This document shows positions 27,401 through 40,615 of a DNA stretch of 64,000 nucleotides, piece by piece; within the stretch, counting starts at the first letter, position 1; each line of letters starts with the position of its first letter. This stretch comes from Octopus vulgaris (Eukaryota), in the NCBI GenBank assembly GCA_951406725.2, contig OX597819.1, forward strand, positions 1,922,001 through 1,986,000, given 5' to 3'. The notes beneath the pieces are model-generated. The model had not been told where the DNA came from, searched no databases, and worked only from the letters and a program-made list of their open reading frames with translations. A program made the translations under genes and the position numbers.

Positions 27401-28379
27401 ATTTAAAATAATTTAGTAACGTTACGTTATTCGAGAAACCAGAGATAGTACAACTGCTCTTCTTTACAATGAGACAGTCGTTTTATCGGTTTCTTCTGTG
27501 AAATTAGACGCTAAAAAATTTCAATAGTTTAGTCTTTATAATGTCTTCAATCAAATATTAAAATACCAACCATTAATTTATCACGTGTAATTGAGAACAA
27601 AGAAGTTCAAGGGAAAACAGACGGCAAACAGAAGAAAACAACATACCTCGTTAAAATGTACATTCAACTAGTTATTTCCAAAACAGGGCATTCAAAAAAA
27701 CTACCATTAAATTGAATTCTAACCCTGATGTGGTCGCAGAAATGACTACATGCCAATATCACGTGGTACCATGCCCATACCGCCAACAATGGTATTCCCC
27801 ATAGATTTCTTGGTCCCATAGAGCCACTAGTTACTCAGATGAAGTCCCTGCAAATACAGGAGACGAAGGGGTCGAATCAGAAGAGTTCAAAGGTCAAATG
27901 ATGGTGGAAATACTACGATTGTCTCTGGTGTTGCTGAACCTAAATTATCCTGTCATCCCACTCGATTTCTCCTTGAATCCGTTCAATTCCCGTTTAATTG
28001 TATATTTCGCCACCTCAGCTGCATGGTGGTCACCTTTATCGACCTGCTGGCGTTGGCGATGTGCTGGAGCTACCGGAATTCGGCTGTCATATCTGGCCAC
28101 TGAGTATATCCTTTCTTGTCTCACAACTCATTCCTGAAAATTGTCCACGTTCAAAAAGTGGATAGATCCTCATGGGTTGGTATCCTGAGACACTAGTACG
28201 ACATGTTTTTCATTATTATGATCGATTCGTAATTGTTATACTGGATCTGTCGATACGTTTAAAATAAAATTGAGGGAGTTAACATTAGGCGCAATAGCAT
28301 ACAAAATTACATTAAGTAACCTTCAATTTATGACTCAGTAAAGTTTGTTCACACACACTCAACCGTCAGTATCTTTCTA

Positions 28380-29010
28380 TGGTGGCTGTCTGCTCCTTTT
28401 AGAGCTTGACCTTTTTTGGCGCCTGTTATTGCTCTTTCCCTGAAAAGCATTTAAAGAGCCTCGTTTCAAAATTGGCTCTATTTTCCGCTTGTTTATTATG
28501 AACGTTGAAGTTCCGCTCCAATATCCTCCGCATGACTTGCAGGTGTTTTTTGCAGACATTGCAATGAAACTTGTCATCCAGAATGAAATTCCAATAGTTT
28601 ATGTATGCTTTATCAACATGGGTACGCTGGTGCGATCTCATACCAGCGCGAGATATGCATAATTTGAACTTAAATAACGTTTTAATAAAGGATGAGAAAC
28701 TTTCACAATGCTATTCATATTAATCTCACTTCAGCGATTTTTTTCATTATTTTTTCATTTCAGCTCTGTCAAACACAAAATCTTTAACACTACTCTAAAT
28801 CCTACCTCTCTACCCTTCCCTACTGCAGCAAGTGATTCAAGACTTTTGTAACATAATATAAAGCATTTCAAATTTGACTTTAAAAAGTCTTTGTATCTTT
28901 TCTCAACTTACTATTTCTTCTCTTTCCCAGCATAAGCTTGCCATAATACACTTGTTTGGAAATACGCTCATCATGTATGAGAATGTGATGGCCTGTCCAT
29001 CGTAGTTAAT
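28380..29010 (-). mobile_element. RTE-clade LINE C-terminal fragment with C2H2 finger remnants
   Basis: LRWTGHH..DERISKQVYYGKL..GKR..RYKDFLKSNLK, then CISRAGMRSHQRTH and FHCNVCKK..CKSCGG. Confidence 0.7.
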
Positions 29011-29119
29011 TCCTAAAAAGAATGGCTTCTACTGATATGATCCTAGTTTTAGCAAGAACCCCTTTCGTGGGGGATGATTGAAGACCAGCTAATTCTGAGT
29101 ATGGGAAGGAGTACGTGGA

Positions 29120-29265
29120 AGACATCGACCCTACTGTCCAAACGACATTTATTTTATCCACACCGAATAGAATGAAAGGCAAAGCTCACGTCAGAATGTA
29201 AAAATGGGGCGAAATGTCTTAAACATTCTGCCTGGCGCGCAACCGATTCTGCCAGCTCGCCGCTT
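29120..29265 (-). mobile_element. SINE family 1, diverged
   Basis: gaatgaaaggcaaag core and the ctgccagctcgccgc head on the minus strand. Confidence 0.75.
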
Positions 29266-30130
29266 ATATACGTGATATGTTGGCTAAAGCTTTGCTACAT
29301 TAATTCATGTGTAACGACAGCCATCTCCATTGATTGCCGCGTAAAAAGTTTTAGAAACAAATATTCTAACTAGAAACTTAATTTTTGCCAGTCTTTTCTT
29401 TTAGAAACTCTCTTGAACGCGATCTGAAACTTTTATAATGTCGCACAGCTTATGTCTGATTTGTTTGCTCTAAGATACCGGCAGTTGGTATAGGTATGAA
29501 ACTATCAATATATATATATGTGTTATGGATAAATAATCGGGAGTGTTATGAACACAAAAACGTTGTAAAGGAAAAGCTGTTCTGCGATGAACACGAGTGA
29601 TTTGTATGCTTGCCTTCGAATCTGTGGTGATGTATTAAGGTATCGACGCGATTCTAGCTGTTCACCGTGCAAATGACGATTCATTATCGGTTAGCAAATA
29701 TTAGTATCGATCGGCGAAGATTTTGTTCGTCGAAATTATAAACAAAGCTATCGGCTCTTGTCAGTTGCGTTAGTCCGGATACTTTTGGCTGATGAGACGC
29801 ATGTTGGAAAATCGGCATTCTAGAATCCCTTGCATACGTGAATCGAATATGTTATGAACTCAGCCGTTGTAAGGAAGTTACATGTGACGAACGGGACCGT
29901 AATTAACATATTTACTTTCGAATCTGCCAGAACATATTAAGGATAAATATGCAAATCCTCGTTTATTTATAGATAGATAATTATGTAAACAAGAATAGAG
30001 AAAAAATTGAAAATAGAAATAGAATTAAGGTAAAGCAGTATAACTTTATCTAAGCAATAACCTCAGTAGATAAATGTTGTATTAGTGCATGAAAGAGAGG
30101 AGTAGCCTCTGTTTTGTGTTCCTAGTAGGT

Positions 30131-30278
<148 letters not shown>

Positions 30279-30738
30279 GAGTGAGAGAGCAGAGCATGCC
30301 ATCAAAGTGACACTGGGGCAAAATATATGAAGCCCAGTATACCCATCATGACTACCCGTCTGACAAGGGTACACCAGGCACATGCATCACAACCATACGT
30401 GCGCGACATGGTGACCTCATATCAAGATAAACAGCACATGACTTTGCGGGTGGAGCCCAGTTAGAATTTTCTTCTGGTCGAGGAACCAATCCCGCTCAAG
30501 ATGTCCCTGAATAAGGGTTGTTTAAGGATGTTGAAAGAACCACCCATGTTTCCAAAGGTGAATCATCCAAACCTCCAAAGAATTCCTCTCAATACATGGC
30601 TATGATGCGCCCACTACTTCTGCTTGTGATCAGAGATGCACATATCGTCAGCTACTAAGGGACATGCGCAACTGGTTAAGGTCAAACAACTGATAAGCAA
30701 ATCTGTGGTATTGAGCAGAATATTTGCTGCAGCCCATC

Positions 30739-30740
<2 letters not shown>
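30279..30740 (-). mobile_element. Non-coding ~460-bp retroposon-like element flanked by (TTA)n
   Basis: End-to-end homologue of 56460-56921 in the opposite orientation; partial 3' copy at 32660-32740. Confidence 0.85.
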
Positions 30741-30782
<42 letters not shown>

Positions 30783-30880
30783 GAAATTCAGCCGAGGTCG
30801 ACTTTGCCTTTCATCCTGTCGGGATTGATGAAATAAGTACCAGTTACGCACTGGGATCAATGTAATCGACTAGCCCTCTC
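30783..30880 (+). mobile_element. SINE family 1, headless copy
   Basis: gccgaggtcgactttgcctttcatcc...aagtaccagttacgcactggg core. Confidence 0.85.
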
Positions 30881-31199
30881 CTCTATCATCATCATCGTCA
30901 TCACTATAATTGTATTTGGATTTTGTTTTGTGAATGTATAAGTTCACTCCTCGTCTTAACCAGCGACCTCATGGGACAAGTTACAAGTTCAAGTCGGTAT
31001 TATGACTAGGGTGGTTGATGACTGCCATGATTTGGATTTGTGCAAAGTACTGATCTAGAGAATATCTGTCAAAACTTAATTAAAATTGAAATTATAATGT
31101 TTTAAAGTAATTTGGTAATAAGATGGTAGTGTGATTTTAAGATGACAGTAAAAAAAATGTTTACTGTTATGTACGTTTAAATTACTTTTGATAAAATGC

Positions 31200-32555
31200 T
31201 ATCAGACTTTAAATTACTTTTGATAAAATACAGTCTAAATATAGACTGTATTTTTCGTAGGATATGAGCAGTTCCCATGAGCACTACTTTTTGAATTTCT
31301 TTCATTTGGGGATTACCTGGAATCTGTGGCAGGTAACTATCAGCCCATTTTGCTATCATTCCTAGAGCACCTATGATAACAGGTATTGTTCTTGTCTTGA
31401 GTTTCCACATTTTGCCAGTTTCTATTTCAAGTTCTTTATATTTGCTCAGCTTTTGGTAGGCCTTGACAGATACATTTATGTCGATTGGGACGATCAGAAC
31501 GATGAAAAGGCATGGTTTTTTGTCTGACATAAATCAATATATTGTGTGACTTATTTCCATTTATTTTTCTGTTAGTTAAGCGAAAGGAGTAGGATACGAT
31601 CATTTTCAAGTATTGGAGGTGGTTTGCTTGTATTCCCACCAGTTCTTATCATGTGGCAGGTTCATATCCTTGTAAATTACTCTGTGAACACACTGTGTCA
31701 CTCTATCATGCTTGTTGAGATACTCTGTAGGTGCAAGAAGGCTACACACGGAGACAATATGATCGATGTTTTCAGTTTGTTGTCTTCATACACATGTTGG
31801 GCCACTGCTGTTCTTTAAGGTATTGGCCTGTTAGCTTCTTGTAGGTAGGCATTGATCATGGGCTGCTATGATAAACCCTTCTGTCTCTGATTTTAAGCCA
31901 GAAGATGCTAACCATTGATGGATAAGAGCTTTGTTAATATAAGCATTGTTAACTCTGGGTATTTGCCACTGAGTGGTTTTTCCCGCTATTTTTCAATGAA
32001 AATACTTAAGGTAGTATTTTCAGCAAGGGTTTTCATACGCTTAGCTTTTTCTCTGCTCATGTAGTTCTTGGACTTGCTGTATTTCGAATTTAGTTTGATA
32101 TTTCATTGCCTCTTTTGTTACTGAATATGAGGTTTTTCTTGTTTTCGTGCATCCAGTCATCAGAATGTTTCAGATAAATGTTTAGGCCAATCGTGGCAAT
32201 TCTCAGTGTCAATTCAAGTTGTAAAAGTCCATGAACACCTTTTCTTGGCAAGTAAAGTCATTCCACATCTGCCTTAGGATGGAACATTCTACTCATTGAC
32301 AACAATTTTCTGATATTTCTACCAAGCTTGGAAATCTTACTGCTTCGCTAATATTGAAACTGTACGTCACGACCGGTACGGCTTAAAGTATTAACTGCTT
32401 CGATCCTATATTTTTCATTTAACTCTATCTTGCGTATTGCCCTTACTCTGCGATAACATTCTTTTTTTTTCTGATCTTTTCCCTCATTGTTGAATGTTTG
32501 ATTCCATCACCTTCTTATACCTCTAAATATTTGTAACCTTCCACTGGCTCTAACT
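31200..32555 (-). mobile_element. Decayed Dong/R4 element (RT thumb to RLE end)
   Basis: YKYL, SSGLKSETEGF and KLSKYKELEIE..WKLKTRTIPVIIGALG..MGTAHILRK; nucleotide similarity to 1-790. Confidence 0.88.
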
Positions 32556-32559
32556 CCGG

Positions 32560-32885
32560 TTCTTCTTCTTCATTTTGTTGTTGTTGTTATCATTATTATT
32601 GTTAGTGGTGGTGGTGGTGTTATCATCATCATCATCATCATCATTATTATTATTGTTATTGACTAAGAGAGCAGCGCATACTATCAAAGTGACACTGGGG
32701 TACAAATATACGAAACCCAAAATAACCATTTCATTACCCGATTAGCCTCCTCCTCCTCCTCCTCATCATCATCATCATCATCATCACCATCACCATCATC
32801 GTTATTGTTATTGTCATTACTACTTATTACAACGACGACAAGGACGAAAACGACAACTACTATTGTTGTCATAGTTATAATCATC
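32560..32885. repeat. Compound trinucleotide low-complexity tract containing a short 3' piece of the 460-bp element (32660-32740)
   Basis: TTG/GGT/TCA/TTA/TCC runs; atcaaagtgacactgggg matches 30301-30318. Confidence 0.85.
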
Positions 32886-33591
32886 GCTAGTACACAAATA
32901 TTTTATTAATGTGTCAGCCATTATAACAAATAGCCTTTTATTGAAAGGCGGTTCCTCATATTTTAACAGCAGAATTAATATAACACTTGATTGTTATTAT
33001 ATCCACTTGATTTACGTGCAAAAGATGTCTTGAGAGGTTATTCAATTTCATTCTCAGGCCACTTTATGAACAATATATTTCACTATGATGAATGCTTTGC
33101 GTCAATGGCAATATGCTTTAAGGCTTAAATCCCAACCGGATGAATGAGTTACCTCCCCTGTATTGTTGGTATGTCTGTAAAGTTAATATTTGTAGTTACC
33201 GGTACGGCAGAGCTGAGAAGCATACATTTCATCACTGAAACTGCTGAGAAAGAGAGAGAGAGAGAGAGGGGGGGAGAGAGAAAGAGAGAGATCTATTCGA
33301 TAGAAGGAATAATCTAAACTTCTTGCTTCTGCTACACAACCTCGAGCTTGCTCATTCCTAGCTGGGTTAACAAGACATGGAGGGCAAATATAGAAACACT
33401 CGAAACTTCCTAAGACTCCAAGAATATTTTGACATTAAATATCAGAGAAGCGATAAGATGTATCTTGAAACCACATTATAAAGATATTTTCAACTATTTA
33501 GAGCTCATCAGCATACATACAAAATAACTACATGCGAGAATAAAAGTCATTATATACTGATCGTCTCTATGGATGTTTTGCGTTCTTGTCC

Positions 33592-33664
33592 TATATATAT
33601 ATATATATATATATATACAGGGGCGTACGTACACTTTGTTCTTTCTCTCTCTCTCTCTCTCTCT

Positions 33665-33737
<73 letters not shown>
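33592..33737. repeat. (TA)n/(CT)n microsatellite
   Basis: Visible arrays. Confidence 0.95.
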
Positions 33738-33740
<3 letters not shown>

Positions 33741-34859
33741 TATGTATGTGTGTGTCTGTGATTGTACGGGTTTGTACACGTCTGTTATACATACATAATC
33801 TCCTAATATAATAATGAGCGTGGTGTTGTTATATATTTGTATATATATATATATATTTGTCCAAAATCACGGAGTAGGAGAGAGAATAGTGTAAGAGAAA
33901 GGAGAGGAGAGTAATTCGGTGAAGGAGAAGTAGTGAGAGTAATAGCCATGACTGAGAGGAAGTTAGAGAAAGTATTAGAGAGAGAGGAAGTAGCAAAGAG
34001 AGCGTCGTGTATCTTCTACTATATGTTGTGTTTTTCTCCGTCACAACATATGAATGAGAAAGGAAGGAGTGATAGATGAATAAGATATGAAGGGGTGAAA
34101 AAATCAAACAGCGCTTCAACTCTGTGTGTATGCGTGTCGTGCACAAGAGAAGTATGTTATTGTGTGTGTGAGCCAGCGTTCTTTCAGTAACAAACGATGA
34201 TCGTTGTCACATCTCAAAGAAAACCACTAGATAACATTGACAAGTGTACTGATTTGATTTACCATCCACATTCTATCTGTTGTGTTACACATAGTTATTA
34301 CAATCACACACATCTACACAAATATATGCATATACAAACTCATTAGAGAATATAATCATCGCCTGAGTGCATTAAGGATATATAAAACAACTACAATTGA
34401 AAAGTATATTATAAATAAACATTTAGCAGATCATACATGTGCCTAATATATTTATATTAAGAAATTTATGAAATTAATTTTGAATAGGGAGTTTTTACAT
34501 CAACTATAAGTCACGGACGGCTTTTTGTGGCTTTAAGTCGTATGAGTTTCGATTGGTTTCAGTAATGGAGAGCGCAGTTGATAGGAAACGTCGCTTCGAA
34601 AAAAGTTGGTATTTACTTGCCAGCTCCCGTATTTAGTCACGACCAGCTTTATGTAGCCTTAATTTGTACAAGAAGGAAGGAAAACTTTAAAATTCTTTTG
34701 TAGGAAACAAGCAGTCAATGGATGTTAATTGCAGATAGATTTTTCACAAAAGAATTTCGTAATAAAAGAATTATGAAACAAAACACTTGGTTTTGTACAT
34801 TATTTATATATGAAATACTACAATTAGCCGTCATTTTTGACCAGCTAGTATATATACAA

Positions 34860-34993
34860 TATGCATGTGTGGTGGGATGTATGTATATGTATGTACGTAT
34901 ATATACGTATGTGTATATATATATGTGTGTGTGTGAGCGCGTGTGTCGGTGTGTCTGTATCTATGTCTGTGTACATATGTATATATATATATA

Positions 34994-35056
<63 letters not shown>
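34860..35056. repeat. (TA)/(TG)n microsatellite
   Basis: Visible arrays. Confidence 0.95.
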
Positions 35057-35060
<4 letters not shown>

Positions 35061-35822
35061 AAAAGTAAATATAAAACTTATGCGTTTGATTAGATTTGGT
35101 GCTCCGGTATTTGCGGTATCCTGCCAACACTTGAAGTCTTCAACATAGTTAATTTCATCGTGAGCTCCAGATTACCATACCTAGCCACTTCTGGCGTCCT
35201 GCAGGATGATGTGCCTTGATTCTCAAGAATCTGCATACCAATGTGTGTGTGTATGTATGTGTGTTTGTGCATGTGTGTGTTTGTGTATGTGTGTGTTTGT
35301 GTATGTGTGTGTGTGTGTATTTATGTGTTTAGGTCGACTATATACTCTATTGTGCTATTTTGCTTTCGTCTTATTTTGATCACAAGAGACTAACATTTTT
35401 TTCTACAATACATATAGAGCTTAACCATATATTTTCCTTTTCTTCATTTTCTCTGATCCATTGTTAAGACTTAACTACAAATTTGGTATGATTTTTATAC
35501 ATTTTGTCCACTGTATAATTTGCTAACAACGGTATCTGACGGTTGGTGACAGCCTTAACGTAAAAGACTTGTACTCAAACGTTGAAACCGCGAAAATCTC
35601 TGGATGAAGTGATAAGTGTAATTGTGCATTTCTGGAATATTATTGTATGCTGTCTGTTCTCATTCTCTCCACCTAATTTCTCAACCTCTCTCTCGCTCCC
35701 TCTCTCTCACTCTCTATATCAACATTTTTTTCTCTGCCCCAAGGCACATTCCTAACACGCCAGCAGAGTTTAATTCGTCCTAGTCGAAAGACGCCTGTTT
35801 TTGATGTCCTGTTATTGTTATT

Positions 35823-35853
<31 letters not shown>

Positions 35854-35879
35854 TAATTATAATTATTATTATTATTGTT

Positions 35880-36115
35880 TTTACGTATTGTTTTTGTCCG
35901 TTTTTCCATCCGTGTTTTGTATACATTCGAAGCTTCTTCCAAGGAATCTAATGCGCTTAGCTTAGTTTTTCCTTGGGGCTCGCCAGATTAGAGCAATCTC
36001 AAGATTAATCAGCCGAATTTGCGAGGATGATCCGGTTCTTGACTGAAGATTGAAGGCTTCGAATTTCTGTGTTTTTTTGTATCGTCTTCCTAATGTTTTG
36101 CGTTCTTGTCCCAGT
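35880..36115. mobile_element. Unclassified dispersed repeat between (TTA)n and (CA)/(TA)n
   Basis: Its terminus atgttttgcgttcttgtcc recurs at 33573-33591, also next to (TA)n. Confidence 0.5.
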
Positions 36116-36126
36116 TTGTATTTTTT

Positions 36127-36206
<80 letters not shown>

Positions 36207-36229
36207 ATGTTTGTATATACATCTCTTGT

Positions 36230-36880
36230 CTTTTATCTTTCTCTTGTTTCAATCATTAGACGCAGCCATACTGGGGCACCGCCGTACAGAGGTTTTTTTA
36301 CTTTAAGCCTGGTACTTATTCTATCGGTGTCTTTTGCAGAACCGCTAAGTTACGGGGATGTAAACACACCAAAACCGGATGTCAAGCGGTGATGGGAAAC
36401 AAACACAGACACAAAGACACTCACGCGCATATACATGTATATATATGTGTGTATGTGTGTGTGTATGTGTATGTGTGTATATGTGTTTGTGTGTATGTGT
36501 GTGTGTGTGTGTAGTTGAAATTTAGAGAAAAAACAAAAGACGAAGACATTAAGCAGGTGTATTAGTTTGACGCACGGGAAAGGGAGAATGTTTTTTACGC
36601 TTCATGCCTGTGCTCTTCAGCAGAAAGGAATATGAGAAAATAAACCGAGGGAGAATAACAAAAAGAATGTGGATTTAGCGATCAAGCATGGCGAACATAC
36701 AGTATATACACATATACGACGGACTTCTTTCAGTTTACGTCTACCAAATCCACTCACAAGGCTTTGGTCTGCCTTGGGCTATTATAGAACAGACTTACCC
36801 AAAGTGTTAAGCAGTGGGAACGAACCCGGAACCATGTGGTTGGGAAACAAACTTCTTATCACACAGCCTCCCCTGTCCAT
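36230..36880 (-). mobile_element. tRNA-derived SINE family 2 (internal microsatellite), interrupted by an insertion at about 36513-36695
   Basis: Reverse complement matches 37478-37890 and 50212-50570; B-box ggttcgttccc. Confidence 0.85.
36513..36695 (-). mobile_element. PLE-like terminal fragment with a decayed minimal hammerhead
   Basis: Minus strand ctgctgaagagcacaggcatgaagcgta; shares tgacgc.c.ggaaag layout with 45176-45390. Confidence 0.5.
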
Positions 36881-37477
36881 GATCATACACATATATCCAT
36901 ACATTCAGTCGTAACTTCGATTACTGCAATCTAAAACGAATAAGGGATTATCTACATCATCGATCGACCTTCTAGAAGCATTAGATAAATCTCTCAAATT
37001 AAACCTACCGCACCGGAAAAGAATGAATATGTTTCATAATGTAGTGCAGTATCTATAAACAAAAAAAAAGATCTGGAATATCTCAGACGAGGAGCTCTGA
37101 GTTCAGAAATGACCAGGCACAGAGCAACAACAACTCATATCAATGCATTCTGGAAGACACTTTAAAACCTCAATACTAATTATTTTCATATAAATTCATT
37201 TCATTCCAGTAGAGTTATATAATATTTCTTTAGAAGTCCGAGCAGATTTATCGACATTGTTTCTGCCATGGCATTCGAGATATAGTTTCGTATTATTCCA
37301 TGACAATGATACAATGGTGATTTTTGTTTCAGAGATAATATCTATCTTAGAATGCACGGAGTAACCAAACTGGCAATGAACTACACGGATAAAATGCAGT
37401 TTTATGAATTTAAATGCAACAATGTCGCATAAGAATTGCTAGTAGAACTGCTAGATGCACTGGAAGAATTAACTAAT

Positions 37478-37658
37478 GGTGCAGGAATGGCTGTGTAGGT
37501 AAGAAGCTTAATTCCCAAACACACGGTTCGGGGTTCAGTCCCACTGCTTGGTACCTTGCACAAGCGTCTTTTACTATAACCTCAGGATGATCAAAATTTT
37601 GTGAGTAGATTTAGTAGACGGAAGCTGAAAGAAGACCGTCATATATGTGTGTGTGCAT

Positions 37659-37690
<32 letters not shown>

Positions 37691-37890
37691 TTGTGTATTT
37701 GTCCACCCATCACCGCTTAAAAACCATTGCTGGTGTGTTTACGTCCTCGTAAAATAACGGTTCGGCAAAAGACACGATAGAATAAGTATCAGGCTTTTAC
37801 TGGTTTCGATACATTTGGCCAAAAATGCTTCAGGATGGTGCCCCAGCATGGCAGCAGTCTAATAACTGACACAAGAAAAAGATAAAAGAT
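37478..37890 (+). mobile_element. SINE family 2, full length
   Basis: tggctgtgtaggtaag A-box, ggttcagtccc B-box, gtagacggaagctgaaagaag core, internal (TG)n and AAAAGAT tail. Confidence 0.88.
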
Positions 37891-38944
37891 AACAGATAAC
37901 AGATAAAAGAAAGGTAAAAAGTACAGGTTCTACCAAGAGAAGAGCTGTGGAGATATACTCCCTTAACAATCGACCTTGCCCTAAATTACATGAATTTTCT
38001 GGATGCTCTGAACTTTTAGCTTCCTCTTACTTTCTTCACACATTGTTCTCTCGACCCATGTTTTTAATACTATTCTATAACTCCTTTCACTCTTCCTGTC
38101 TCTCTTTCCTTTTCTCTTTCTCTTGCCTCCTTCTTTCTATTACACTCAAGACTTACATTTTGTTTTCATCTGACATTTAAGCACACTTATAAATAAATAT
38201 AAATATAATTTAAAAAAACACACGCACATTCACGCACGACAGACAGATAGACAGAACAGAACAGAACAGACAGACAGATAACATACTGATCTTAAAACAT
38301 CAGTTACTCATCTTAGACAATTGTATCCTTGAAACACATATAGCTTGAAACTAAGAAATTCATCTGTAATTCAACATGGTAGAATAAATGAATTTTGTGC
38401 AAATGTAGACACTCGTACTTTCTCCCAGATTTCAAATGAACGACACAAACAATTGCAAAACAATTTGATAATCAAAGCAAGTTGTACATACACTGATTTT
38501 TCTATAAGCTATATATACTATAAGAAGGGTGAAATCGCATCGTATAAAGATCACATAAGACTTAGGGAGATGTAACTGTCTTTCAAATAATCAATATATT
38601 CCCTGAGCATATAATTTGAATGAGGTTCACAAGACAATTCAATGTAAAAACCTATAAATGTGTGCAATATATGAATAGCAGAGGGCCAGATAACATCAGA
38701 ATTGTATGTAACCAATCTAGTAAATTAAATATCGTGGTAGATATGATGGTTCTAAAATTACATGGGAATAAGAAAAATAATATTCATTGTTATTCGAGGG
38801 ATATGCAATTGTGATTGAGAAAAATATCAAAGTAGTGGAATATACTATTAAATAACAATAGAATGTTAAGATGCAAGCTACTGTGATAAAAAGCAGATAG
38901 TATAATAAATACTGAAAGCAATTGTTTTATGTATGTGTGTGTTT

Positions 38945-39009
38945 ATGTATGTATGTATGTATGTATGTATGTATGTATGTATGTATGTATGTATGTATGT
39001 ATGTATGTA

Positions 39010-39089
<80 letters not shown>

Positions 39090-39135
39090 CTCAGCCGGAT
39101 GGCTGAAACAAGTAAAAGTGTAAAAGAGTAAAAGA

Positions 39136-39179
<44 letters not shown>
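38945..39179. repeat. (TATG)n/(TA)n arrays with a ~55-bp SINE family 2 tail at 39086-39138
   Basis: ggctgaaacaagtaaaag matches the tail at 50530-50550. Confidence 0.9.
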
Positions 39180-39181
<2 letters not shown>

Positions 39182-40572
39182 TTTAAAGCAGTTTTATTCG
39201 GTTACGTGTGACTTAAAGTTTCACAGACCCCTATCAGAAGTCCGACTCTTTCAGTCTTTGGAGTGCCGAATGGAGAGGCAAAAGAAGTCGAAGATGGCTA
39301 TCGGAAGATAGGTTACTGCTGGTCAAGGCAGGACATATGGCGTTGTGAAAGAATATTCTTTTCTACTTTAGATACAAGGCCCGAAATTTTGGGGTAAGGG
39401 CCAGTCGATTAGATCGACACCAGTACGCAACTGGTACTTAATTAATCGACCCTGAAAGGATGGAAGGCAAAGTCGACCTCGGTGGAATTTGAACTCAGAA
39501 CGTAAAGACAGACGAAGTACCGCTAAGCGTTTTGCCTAATGTGCTAACGTTTCTGCTCCTTCGCCGCCTTTTGTCAAAGAATATTGACAAAGTGGAGGTC
39601 AACCTATTCACCCGGCGATCGCAATTCCCAGCTCTGCCTCCATGAAAGACAGCACATCTTCCATCAACCTACAGTATCTATCAACACGAAATATGAACTG
39701 TCCTATTGCTGACACCAGGGGTATGCCCTCCTTGCTACCGACAATCCAGACATAACACTTTAACATCGGCCGCTGTCCTGCCTTGGCTGTTCCACAAACA
39801 AGGACAGGATTACCAACCACGAGGGACATAGCTACCAACCACCAACATACTGACCTACGCACAGTGAACCCAGCAGCCCTATGCATTCCCTACAAACCCC
39901 TAACTACACCTCCACATAAATAAACACATATAAACACACACAAGCATTTATATGCACTCACAACCCTACACATGCTCGCTCACGTACTCCCACAAACGTC
40001 CATACACATACGCGCGCATATATGCACGCCTATACGCACGCACACACACATACACACACGCGAAGATCTTGCACTCACCACACACGCACACTCACAAATA
40101 TGAACACACGTGCGCATACTCAAACGTATACGTACAGACACATGAACCCCCCCACACACACACACACACACATGAACATGCATGCGCATACGCACACGTA
40201 TACGTACACACGCAGCCACCCCACACACACACACACACATACGCACGCATACGTAAATGTAGGTACACTAGTGTACATTACACCCGAATACATTAACAGA
40301 AGCATATATACGCACACACGCACACATACAGGCACACACAAACGCACACGCACCACATATCCTCTTACAGACGTACATACATACGCGCATGCACGCTTAC
40401 ACGCGCACGCACACATGCACATAGACACACACTCTCGCATGCACACTCACGCACACCCATCCAGCCAATAACATACCAACAACCAAAACGCACAAACACA
40501 AACACAATCATACACACACGTACACCCATATGACCAGGCATTCATACATCTCGCGTATATATATATACATCA

Positions 40573-40615
<43 letters not shown>

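Noticed and set aside
37478-37550. tRNA genes at SINE heads
   Set aside because: A/B boxes are present but there is no cloverleaf, and they continue into SINE bodies.
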